Shown in pieces: positions 33,945 to 42,309 of a stretch of DNA of 64,000 nt. The notes beneath the pieces are model-generated. The model worked only from the letters and a program-made list of their open reading frames with translations. It was not told the DNA's origin and did not search any database. A program made the position numbers and the translations under genes. The stretch is from a virus: positions 32,001 through 96,000 of the IMG/VR virus record IMGVR_UViG_3300027906_000002; one strand, given 5' to 3'. Every line of letters starts with the position of its first letter. Position 1 is the stretch's first letter.

Positions 33945-34175
33945 ATGAAACTTACACCCATTGCTGCTAATCAGAACGAAGTTACTATCAACGACGGAAC
34001 ACAAATCTTCTTCAGTTATAGAACACCAGTTGCAGCATATTTGCCAGAGAAAGGTTATGTTAGAACTGAAAAGTTCTGGTCAGTAACAACATCTAGGCAC
34101 ATCAATAAGTGGTTAGGAGGTGTTAACAATGTCTCTGAAATCAGTCAAGAGATTCTTGACAATCTAGCAGCATAA
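33945..34175 (+). CDS. Phage hypothetical protein, 76 aa
   Basis: AAGGA RBS; 'FFSYRTPVAAY...WSVTTSRHINKW'. Confidence 0.8.
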   Translation: MKLTPIAANQNEVTINDGTQIFFSYRTPVAAYLPEKGYVRTEKFWSVTTSRHINKWLGGVNNVSEISQEILDNLAA

Positions 34176-34184
34176 TGTTATACT

Positions 34185-34213
34185 GGGAGTAACAACAATT
34201 ACTCCCTTTTTTA
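34185..34213 (+). terminator. Intrinsic terminator closing the early block
   Basis: GGGAGTAA-caacaa-TTACTCCC followed by T7. Confidence 0.82.
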
Positions 34214-34408
34214 TGCTCTAATGTAACACACAGACAGTTAAATTGATCTACTAAATGTAAAGAACTCGCCCCAAAAGGCAGTCGTGATGGGGGTTCTCGG
34301 TCTTCATGGGGGCCGTTAATATAAAAAGGATAGAGACCCTAACCTACAAAGGTTCCCAAGAGCAAGTGATATATAAAAATATTTAAAAAAAATTTCCCAG
34401 TAAAAAAC

Positions 34409-34621
34409 ATGACTCCACAGTTTTCACAAGATTTTCAAGATACTCGCACATGGTTGCTTGAGACCCTTATAAGGTATGAGGGATGTCTGGATACACGAAT
34501 GTATGGCTGTGCTGATCTTTGTGTAAATGCAGATTGTATAAATGATGTTAAAGATGTAGTTAAGACTTGGGAAGATTTTAAGAAAAGAACACCATCCACT
34601 TCATCAGTTAACCGTTTATGA
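34409..34621 (+). CDS. Hypothetical protein, 70 aa
   Basis: Track ORF; first gene after the non-coding boundary. Confidence 0.7.
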   Translation: MTPQFSQDFQDTRTWLLETLIRYEGCLDTRMYGCADLCVNADCINDVKDVVKTWEDFKKRTPSTSSVNRL

Positions 34622-34630
34622 AAACTGAAT

Positions 34631-34792
34631 ATGTCAAAAAGATTCACACTTACCCTACAAGAGGATGATTTCGGTGATAATTACATATCAATTCCAGAAG
34701 AAGTTGCCGAGGCACTGGACTGGAATATAGATGATGTGCTAGAATATCATTTAGAAGAACCTAAACTAACATTTAAAAAGATTGATGAGTGA
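34631..34792 (+). CDS. AbrB/MazE/SpoVT-like small DNA-binding protein, 53 aa (not in track)
   Basis: MSKRFTLTLQEDDFGDNYISIPEEVAEALDWNIDDVLEYHLEEPKLTFKKIDE fits the G-x2-x-x-I-P-x-E-x3-L-x-W-x2-D-x-L swapped-hairpin pattern. Confidence 0.65.
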   Translation: MSKRFTLTLQEDDFGDNYISIPEEVAEALDWNIDDVLEYHLEEPKLTFKKIDE

Positions 34793-35099
34793 CCCTAATC
34801 AGAACATTACTGAAATTGATCCTTGGCAAGATAATGCTGAGGCACATGAAGTACTGAATACGTGCGTACATGAATTAGCAGCGAGACTAGGAGAGGTTAC
34901 AAAGTATGTTAGTGACCTAACTACCCCTGAGAAGATATTATATAAACCAAAAGGAGCAAAGGAGTATCTAAATATTAAGGAGAACTATGATGAGATATAT
35001 CGTAGGTTAACAGAATTAGAAGCAATGGCACATAAAGCACCTACAACTGATCATGGAAAGAGACTTACTGCTTTAGAGGAAAAGGTAAATGGGTTGTAA
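34785..35099 (+). CDS. Hypothetical protein, 104 aa (coiled-coil segments)
   Basis: ATG 34785 in frame with the track ORF. Confidence 0.7.
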   Translation: MSDPNQNITEIDPWQDNAEAHEVLNTCVHELAARLGEVTKYVSDLTTPEKILYKPKGAKEYLNIKENYDEIYRRLTELEAMAHKAPTTDHGKRLTALEEKVNGL

Positions 35100-37503
35100 A
35101 CCTGTTGGAGAAAGATATACAGATTCCTGTGTGAGGCAACATCCAGGTACTGCTGATGGTGTCAGCATAGAATTTTTAGAATATCCTGGTGCAACTATCA
35201 GACAAGGCAATTTACCTTACAACGTACCTGCGAGAGATGGCACAACTGTTCAGTATCAATCTGATCTAGTATGCTCGTCAGGCAATCCAGCAGATATGTT
35301 AACTGATGGTATGTGTGGTAAGGCAAATCGCTTAAACGTTGAGTACTTACAAGAAGGAGAGAGTAGTGGAGATTGTTTATTTGTATATGACTACTACCCT
35401 ACAGGTCTTTCCTTTGACTTTGGATACTCTGATACATGGTTTTCATACTTATTTGATACTACCGATAAGGCAGGTATATTAGGAACACCTTGCTATCATA
35501 TAGAAACAGAAGAAACTAATATACCTGAGTCATCTCCTGGTGCAGGTGATGGTAGTTATTCTTCATCATCTTCTTGTTTTCCTTGTAGTGCCTTTGACTG
35601 TACCCCCGCTTCGACCACAATATCGTATACTGTCCCAAATGAAGGAAGAGATTCCGACGACCCCGACTGCCCACATTCTACCTTATTTGCAGTAGATACC
35701 CAAAGTCCTAAACTAACGTTCAGTTATGACTCGCTTTCAACCACGTTACCTGATGGATGTCTAGACTTTGAGTTGTCATATGATGGTGTAACCTATACTG
35801 ATAGTTGGAATGAGAATGAAACGACTGGTACTGAATATATTACGGCACAGAACCCCTACCAGGGTGGCGACGAGGCATTCAGTGACTTCAAGATATTTGA
35901 GTTAGATTCTGGTCTTGCACAAGGTCTTAGAATCAAATGTGAGATTAAACCTGTGTTTGACGATACTAACGACCCAACAGTCTTTTCAGGCACATCCTGG
36001 CGTATTACAGAGGTCTTATCACCTGGTACTGGATACTCAGTAGGAACCACATTCTCTTTGAGTTATACTCATACCCTTCCAGACAATAGTACAGTTGTTC
36101 TTACTAATAATATAAAGATCAAAACAATAGGTCCAGTACAAGCAACAGAAGGTCAAGAGGGGTTTGATGTACTAAGAGCAGGTGATACAGTTAATGGTCA
36201 TATAGTAACTCGTGTATTTCACACCGATATAGATAATTTTCCATACCATATAGCATATCTTGATGCTTGTGGTAGTAATTTTGCAAAGGATACACAGTAT
36301 ACATCCGACAGGAACCACGTAATTACAGCAAAAGCAGGTTGGGGTATTCCAGACCGAGCACATCTTGTAGGTTTCTATGAGTTTATGAATAAGTCTATAC
36401 AGTATGTTACTGCTGATGTAGATCAAGAATCACCAAATAGGTTCCATGACCTAAGAGTGCCACAGGTTACTATGTCTATTGTTAATGGTGTAGTTGATAA
36501 TATCAGTATAGTTGATGGTGGAGCTGGTTGGCAAACACTAGATGCTGTGCCAGATGTGTATATTACCGCCCCCCTAACCACCACAGGTAAGAGAGCAACA
36601 GTAAGGGCTACGTTTGTAGGCGGTGCAATGACTGGTATTACAGTAGTTGATGGAGGATCTGGGTATTCTTCTACAAAACCTCCGAACTTACAGATAAGAA
36701 ATGTACATAAGGTAGTGGATCGTACTATAGATAACGGTACATATAGAGCAACATATGCAGATGATATAAGAACATTGTTACTTTCCTTACCAGAAGGCGA
36801 CTCTGAATCTAGTGCTGCTACATTAAGAGCACTAGAAAACCTACCTCAGAACTTTTTTGATCAATATAAGGTAGCAGATTTCAGTGTTAAAGGTGATCCT
36901 AATACGCAACGTGTAAGACAAAAGGCTCAAAGGATGTATAGTGACACTGCTACAAACCCATTAAAGGAATCTAATAGAATTGATGACTTAGATATGAGTG
37001 TAGTAGAGAATAGTACTGTAATAGATACGGAATTAAAGGATATTCTTAAGCAATATCTCCGTGATGAGAGTCATAGAAGTAGAATGCAACACATAGAGGA
37101 TATAACACAAAAGGTTATTCCTGAATATAGTAACCATGATGAGCGTTATGTTACTACTATACAGGGTAGAATTAGTGAATTACCTCAAGCATCAGAGTAT
37201 ACTAAGTACATGATGAAGCAATATAGACCCGATCCCCAAGATAGTATAGATATTAATATAACATTATCATGTAGTACCGTGGAAAGTGGGTGTGGACATA
37301 TCACATGTCCTGCACCTCCATCCTCATCTCCTGGTCCATATCAGTCATTTTCTATGTCTGGAATACTTGGAGATGGATGCAAACCGTGGACTGCGTCGGG
37401 AACGATGAAAGTGTGGAATGATTTGACCAGAGCTAATGCAGCATGGTCAGCTGCAATAGCAGCATACGGAAACCCTTACGATACAGGAATGTATTTACCC
37501 TAA
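35089..37503 (+). CDS. Virion structural protein (probably baseplate-associated)
   Basis: 804 aa; 'DGGAGW...PDVYITAP' and 'DGGSGYSSTKPP' G-x-G-Y repeats as in the giant protein; coupled to PAAR. Confidence 0.6.
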   Translation: MGCKPVGERYTDSCVRQHPGTADGVSIEFLEYPGATIRQGNLPYNVPARDGTTVQYQSDLVCSSGNPADMLTDGMCGKANRLNVEYLQEGESSGDCLFVYDYYPTGLSFDFGYSDTWFSYLFDTTDKAGILGTPCYHIETEETNIPESSPGAGDGSYSSSSSCFPCSAFDCTPASTTISYTVPNEGRDSDDPDCPHSTLFAVDTQSPKLTFSYDSLSTTLPDGCLDFELSYDGVTYTDSWNENETTGTEYITAQNPYQGGDEAFSDFKIFELDSGLAQGLRIKCEIKPVFDDTNDPTVFSGTSWRITEVLSPGTGYSVGTTFSLSYTHTLPDNSTVVLTNNIKIKTIGPVQATEGQEGFDVLRAGDTVNGHIVTRVFHTDIDNFPYHIAYLDACGSNFAKDTQYTSDRNHVITAKAGWGIPDRAHLVGFYEFMNKSIQYVTADVDQESPNRFHDLRVPQVTMSIVNGVVDNISIVDGGAGWQTLDAVPDVYITAPLTTTGKRATVRATFVGGAMTGITVVDGGSGYSSTKPPNLQIRNVHKVVDRTIDNGTYRATYADDIRTLLLSLPEGDSESSAATLRALENLPQNFFDQYKVADFSVKGDPNTQRVRQKAQRMYSDTATNPLKESNRIDDLDMSVVENSTVIDTELKDILKQYLRDESHRSRMQHIEDITQKVIPEYSNHDERYVTTIQGRISELPQASEYTKYMMKQYRPDPQDSIDINITLSCSTVESGCGHITCPAPPSSSPGPYQSFSMSGILGDGCKPWTASGTMKVWNDLTRANAAWSAAIAAYGNPYDTGMYLP

Positions 37504-38042
37504 TGGCAATAGGAGCAGCGTTATTTAAAGGCAATTGTAGCGGTCATGGCACTGGTAGTGGATCTATGCACCATCCAGGACTAGGTGGAGGAACACTTGG
37601 TGGATGCCCTCACTCACCAACAGCAGGGCAAATTATCGCAAAACCCGTAGCACAGATGGATGCTGTTACAACTTGGAAGCCTACTGAGCAAAAACCCAAG
37701 ACAAAATTGGAAAGAAGTGTTATAATAAACAATAAGATCCCTATTATAGATAGAGATGAGCTTGTTCTACACCCTACTAAGACAAAACACAAAACCACTT
37801 CCGTTGGTTCAAGGTGTTATACCGTCAGATCAAGTCCTGCGTGGCATTGCACGGAGGGTATATCAGGTGGTAGAGAGTCTTCAGATGGACATCAGCGTAG
37901 ATGTTACTCCAGTACCAAAACAGTTTGGATTACAGGAGAACTTGCTGGTAGAATAGGTGATGATCTAGGTGAGGACACAACTGAGTGGCCTTGTCTATCA
38001 ACTATCTCAGGTGGGAGTAAAGACGTTTTTATTGGAGACTAA
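37503..38042 (+). CDS. PAAR-like spike tip protein (T4 gp5.4-like)
   Basis: ATG 37503; 'CSGH', 'VIINNKIP', 'VWITGELAGRIGDDL...C...ISGGSKDVFIG'. Confidence 0.75.
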   Translation: MAIGAALFKGNCSGHGTGSGSMHHPGLGGGTLGGCPHSPTAGQIIAKPVAQMDAVTTWKPTEQKPKTKLERSVIINNKIPIIDRDELVLHPTKTKHKTTSVGSRCYTVRSSPAWHCTEGISGGRESSDGHQRRCYSSTKTVWITGELAGRIGDDLGEDTTEWPCLSTISGGSKDVFIGD

Positions 38043-38045
38043 ATT

Positions 38046-38198
38046 ATGCCAAAGTTTAAAAATGGTGGTTCATGGGGAAGTACTGACTACATTCTCCCAG
38101 TACCAAAGAAGACCCGTCAAGGACGGAGTACTTTTACTAAATTAAGTGCTACTTCACGCAACAAAAAGAAGAAAGCGTACAGGGGCCAAGGTAACTGA
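38046..38198 (+). CDS. Small basic protein, 50 aa (not in track)
   Basis: MPKFKNGGSWG...KKTRQGRSTFTKLSATSRNKKKKAYRGQGN. Confidence 0.75.
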   Translation: MPKFKNGGSWGSTDYILPVPKKTRQGRSTFTKLSATSRNKKKKAYRGQGN

Positions 38199-39646
38199 TG
38201 GGTATCATTAATAAGAGAGAACCTGAATCCTCTGTTATACAGAGAGAGGGTAATTCTGGTATTGTTACCCCTGATTATAGAATCCCTGCAGGTGTTCCAC
38301 CTGTACCAAGAAATAATCAAGGGAAGAATGATGTATACCTAGAACCCGAAGCAAAAAAAGAAGAAAATCATTACAATAGTAAAGAAGAGTCTTCTAGACC
38401 TGTCGTACCTTTTACTGGTGGGTGGATGGAGAAGAAACTAAGTGATGAGCAAATGAAGTACCTTTGGGATACGATTGACAAGAAGAAGGAAAGTTGCGCT
38501 TATAGACTTGCTGGACATGTAATGGATAGTTACGATCTTGAAGATGAGGAGCAATTCTTCTACCTAAACGTCTTGGATCCATTGATGCAAGAGTATATGC
38601 ATAACTTTGGTAATCCAGGAGATGATATTCCAGTTAATAATTTACATCCGTATTGTTTACACCATTGGTGGGTAAATTATCAGCGTCAAACTGAATACAA
38701 TCCAGTTCATGATCATAGTGGAGCATTTTCATTTGTTATATGGATGAAAATTCCGTATACTAATGAGGAACAAAACGAAACAGGGGGAGAGAAAGCTGAA
38801 ATTGCTAAAAGAGCAGGTTTGAGTAGAGGACATGCTTCAAATGGAGCATTTGAATTTTCGTATAGTGACATTCTTGGAAAGTCTAATACATTTTATTATG
38901 ATATGGGAAAACCATTAGAAGGTACTATGCTTCTATTCCCTTCTAGTTTAAAGCATCAGGTATATCCATTTTTTAATAATGACGAATATAGAATTTCTAT
39001 ATCTGGTAATATAGTTCTTAATACTAATACAAGAATACCTGTAGAAATGAATACGGATCTGCCTGACTTTATAGAACCAGGTAAATTAGAAAAAAATCAT
39101 CAGAGTACTGCAACTACTATAGTAGCTTTACCAGAACATACAGATAAGAAGATCGGTGAATATCATTATCCACCATTTAATGATATTAATGAGAAATTAT
39201 TTCATATCATACAAGATTTGGGATCTGGTAGTACAGGAGTAAATCCCAAAGAAGCACATTGTACGATGACTGATTGGGATTTGTATACAAGTCAAGAACA
39301 TGTTAAAACTATGGTAGATTGGGTTCAACGAATTATTGATGACCAGTTTAATCCTCCAGAACATGATTTTAAGACAGTAGAGACATGGGCAGTTACATAT
39401 AAGGAAGGTGAAGATATAGACTGGCATTCTCACGGAATTAGTTGTTATTCCTTTGTTTATTATGTTAATGTTCCTGAAGGATCATCACCATTGCTATTTC
39501 AGAATCCAGAAGGTATAATAGATCCAAAACCAGGTAAGGTAGTTATTTTTGAAAGTAGATTAAAACACAAGGTTCCACCTAATAACTGTAACGGTAGATG
39601 TGCTGTATCAGGCAACATTTTTCTAAAAAAACATAGAGAATTATGA
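38198..39646 (+). CDS. Tandem two-domain 2OG-Fe(II) oxygenase
   Basis: Domain 1 'PVHDHSGAFSFV...FPSSLKHQVYP...RISISGN'; domain 2 'WHSHGISCYSFVYY...FESRLKHKVPP...RCAVSGN'. Confidence 0.8.
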   Translation: MGIINKREPESSVIQREGNSGIVTPDYRIPAGVPPVPRNNQGKNDVYLEPEAKKEENHYNSKEESSRPVVPFTGGWMEKKLSDEQMKYLWDTIDKKKESCAYRLAGHVMDSYDLEDEEQFFYLNVLDPLMQEYMHNFGNPGDDIPVNNLHPYCLHHWWVNYQRQTEYNPVHDHSGAFSFVIWMKIPYTNEEQNETGGEKAEIAKRAGLSRGHASNGAFEFSYSDILGKSNTFYYDMGKPLEGTMLLFPSSLKHQVYPFFNNDEYRISISGNIVLNTNTRIPVEMNTDLPDFIEPGKLEKNHQSTATTIVALPEHTDKKIGEYHYPPFNDINEKLFHIIQDLGSGSTGVNPKEAHCTMTDWDLYTSQEHVKTMVDWVQRIIDDQFNPPEHDFKTVETWAVTYKEGEDIDWHSHGISCYSFVYYVNVPEGSSPLLFQNPEGIIDPKPGKVVIFESRLKHKVPPNNCNGRCAVSGNIFLKKHREL

Positions 39647-40320
39647 CTTTATCAACTCAATTAAAAGAAGGTACTAAAAAATCACATAATGCGGCAGAGA
39701 ATACTAAATTTGTTGCTGGTTTCCTCAAAGGAGTACTAAACCCAGAAGAGTACCGTAAACTAATTACGGACTTTTATTATGTCTATGAGACAATGGAGGA
39801 AAGGATACAGGAAACTAAGGATCCTTTAGCAAATACGTTGCAACAATGGAATGCAAAATTATTTCGTACCGCATTTCTCAATAGAGATCTTAGGTATTAT
39901 TATGGTCCTATGTACAGGAGTATGCTGACACCATCAGAATCTTGTAATAATTATTGTTATAGGATTAATGAAATAGCAGAGAAAGATCCATATCTTCTTA
40001 TAGCACATCATTATACTAGGTACATTGGTGATCTGTCAGGTGGTCAAATCCTTAAGGGTATTGCTCAGAAGGCGTTAAATCCTCCTGAAGGAGAGGGATT
40101 ACACTTTTACGAGTTTCCCATGATAGAAGATGCAAAGGCGTTTAAAACCGATTACAAAGCAGTTCTAGACGGTCTGGAAATTAATCAAAATCAGATTGAT
40201 GCATTAATTGATGAAGCAAATTACGCATTTAAACTTAACATGCATATGTTTGATGAACTTCAAGGAGATGCGAAAAAAGGACTACTTAAAGTACTATGGG
40301 GAGTAGTTACTGGAAGATGA
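39643..40320 (+). CDS. ho1: Heme oxygenase
   Basis: 'LKEGTKKSHNAAE' proximal His helix; 'AHHYTRYIGDLSGGQIL' signature. Confidence 0.95.
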   Translation: MTLSTQLKEGTKKSHNAAENTKFVAGFLKGVLNPEEYRKLITDFYYVYETMEERIQETKDPLANTLQQWNAKLFRTAFLNRDLRYYYGPMYRSMLTPSESCNNYCYRINEIAEKDPYLLIAHHYTRYIGDLSGGQILKGIAQKALNPPEGEGLHFYEFPMIEDAKAFKTDYKAVLDGLEINQNQIDALIDEANYAFKLNMHMFDELQGDAKKGLLKVLWGVVTGR

Positions 40321-40913
40321 AAGGAACTATAGCTAATTTGTATCCAACTCCAATATATTGGGTGGAGAAGTTGGATAATTTTGATCAAATTCAGAATGAA
40401 ATTGATGAAGCCGTAAAAAGCGTTAACTTTGAAATGAAAGGAGATTGGGGTGCAACTCATTATCTTTCAGATCCTACTTTCAAAGAGAATTTTATCGTTT
40501 CAAACAATTTAGATCATTTGAAAGATCAAATTGTATACCATTTAAATGATTATATGAAAGGTATTCAATTTCCTCATACTAATGGATATATTGGAAGTTC
40601 ATGGATTTCCTTATTTAAAAAGGGAAACTATGGGCATTGCCATCATCATGGTACTACTGATGTGTCTGGAGTATACTATTATAAAACTGATGGATCTGAT
40701 GGCAGTATATATTTTGAAAATCCTACTCCTGCTATGACCTCATCATTTTGTTATAAAGCTTTGTGTGAAAGAGAGCAAATAGTTCCTAGTGAAGGTATGC
40801 TTGCTTTATTTCCTGGTTGGTTGATGCATGGTATAACGACAAATCAGACAAATCATGATAGAATGAGTCTATCATTTAACATAGTGTTTAATAGAGACGA
40901 GAGTAATTATTGA
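40317..40913 (+). CDS. 2OG-Fe(II) oxygenase (TIGR02466-like)
   Basis: ATG 40317 (ATGA overlap); 'HCHHHGTTDVSGVYYY', 'FPGWLMHG', 'RMSLSFN'. Confidence 0.85.
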   Translation: MKGTIANLYPTPIYWVEKLDNFDQIQNEIDEAVKSVNFEMKGDWGATHYLSDPTFKENFIVSNNLDHLKDQIVYHLNDYMKGIQFPHTNGYIGSSWISLFKKGNYGHCHHHGTTDVSGVYYYKTDGSDGSIYFENPTPAMTSSFCYKALCEREQIVPSEGMLALFPGWLMHGITTNQTNHDRMSLSFNIVFNRDESNY

Positions 40914-41626
40914 TTATGAAATTCCAACCATATGATCACGGGTTCCCATTCATCATTATAGATGACTATTTTGATGAGGATGAGTTGAAATTATTATGGA
41001 ATGAGGTCGATACTCTGTATAAAGAGGACGTTTTCTTGGATCCAGTCGACTCTTATAGTGCTTATGATGTGAATGGATTCCTAAAAAACAATAAATGCAT
41101 CCATTTAGACGAATATTTTGCTAAAAAACGACAAAAAAGCGATATTTTACAAATAAATCGCAAAATTTTCCTTCAAGACCTCTTAGTAAGGTCAGAAAAT
41201 TGGTTTTTTAAGAATTTTATCAAAACTTGTGACTATGATTCCACATTATTATCATATTACGAGGGTGACAATTATTATAGAGCACATACAGATGCATCGA
41301 TGATTACTGGACTATATTGGTTCTATAAAGAGCCTAAACAGTTTACTGGAGGGGAGTTTATATTCCCTGAGTATAAGATTGATATTGAAGTAGTTAACAA
41401 TAGAATGTTATTGTTTCCATCATTTATTAAACATCAGGTTATGGAAGTTTATTTAGATCCAAAATTTGCAGATCAAAATATGGGTAGATGGTGTATGACA
41501 CAATTTTTAGATTCTAAGTCAATGTGCGACATAGAATCAACAAAAGAGAGAACTGATATAGAAAAAATGCGAGTGAGAAGGGAGAAAATGGATAAAGATG
41601 TAAAAAGTGTTCTCTTTAATAGATAA
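40910..41626 (+). CDS. 2OG-Fe(II) oxygenase (prolyl-4-hydroxylase-like, HxD)
   Basis: 'YYRAHTDAS', 'FTGGEFIF', 'LLFPSFIKHQV', 'RWCMTQF'; start TTG 40910 or ATG 40916. Confidence 0.85.
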   Translation: MIMKFQPYDHGFPFIIIDDYFDEDELKLLWNEVDTLYKEDVFLDPVDSYSAYDVNGFLKNNKCIHLDEYFAKKRQKSDILQINRKIFLQDLLVRSENWFFKNFIKTCDYDSTLLSYYEGDNYYRAHTDASMITGLYWFYKEPKQFTGGEFIFPEYKIDIEVVNNRMLLFPSFIKHQVMEVYLDPKFADQNMGRWCMTQFLDSKSMCDIESTKERTDIEKMRVRREKMDKDVKSVLFNR

Positions 41627-41629
41627 ATA
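41622..41629 (+). promoter_or_regulatory. T4-type late promoter
   Basis: GATAAATA ahead of the baseplate wedge operon. Confidence 0.6.
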
Positions 41630-41653
41630 ATAAAGACGTATAAGTCTTTATTG

Positions 41654-41884
41654 ATGAGTGAATCTATTATATTCAAAAGTATTGTACCAAGAGGCAGCTC
41701 TGTAGGTCCTACTGCGGAGCAAATGGATGCAGCTTATAATAAAAAAGATGAACGACATGAAGGTGTAGCGAATAGACCTGTTGATATGTCTGATGAATTC
41801 CGAAACAATGGCTGGGAATACTGTAAATATTTAATTACAGATCCAAGGAGTGACAGTTATCTTAAAAATAGGGAAGGTGAATAG
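41654..41884 (+). CDS. Hypothetical protein, 76 aa
   Basis: ATG 41654; directly precedes gp25. Confidence 0.75.
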   Translation: MSESIIFKSIVPRGSSVGPTAEQMDAAYNKKDERHEGVANRPVDMSDEFRNNGWEYCKYLITDPRSDSYLKNREGE

Positions 41885-42309
41885 TGGCATTAAAACCAAT
41901 AACAGGTGCAGAATTAACTAAAAATAAATCGAGACATTTTGCTGATGTTAATATTGCATTTTCTAAAAATAGGTTTACTGATGATGCATCAAAGGTAACA
42001 AATGCAAATTCAATCAAACAATCTATCAAAAATCTAGTTTTAACTAGACCAGGGGAAAAATTATTTCAAAGTAATGTTGGTAGTGGAGTATATCAAAGAC
42101 TCTTTGAACAGTTAGATCCCTTTACGATTGATACAATACAAGGTGACATAATAAATACCATTAACCAATATGAATCTAGAGTGCAACTTCTGAGTTGCAA
42201 ATTAACTCCATTTTACACTGCAGGTAAAGTTTCCGTAGCCGTTAGGTATAAGGTTGTTGGATTACCTATTACAGAATCTATATCATTCGTATTACAGAGA
42301 CCTAGTTAA
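41884..42309 (+). CDS. gp25: Baseplate wedge subunit gp25
   Basis: 'SIKQSIKNLVLTRPGEKLFQSNVGS...INQYESRV' gp25/GPW signature. Confidence 0.92.
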   Translation: MALKPITGAELTKNKSRHFADVNIAFSKNRFTDDASKVTNANSIKQSIKNLVLTRPGEKLFQSNVGSGVYQRLFEQLDPFTIDTIQGDIINTINQYESRVQLLSCKLTPFYTAGKVSVAVRYKVVGLPITESISFVLQRPS

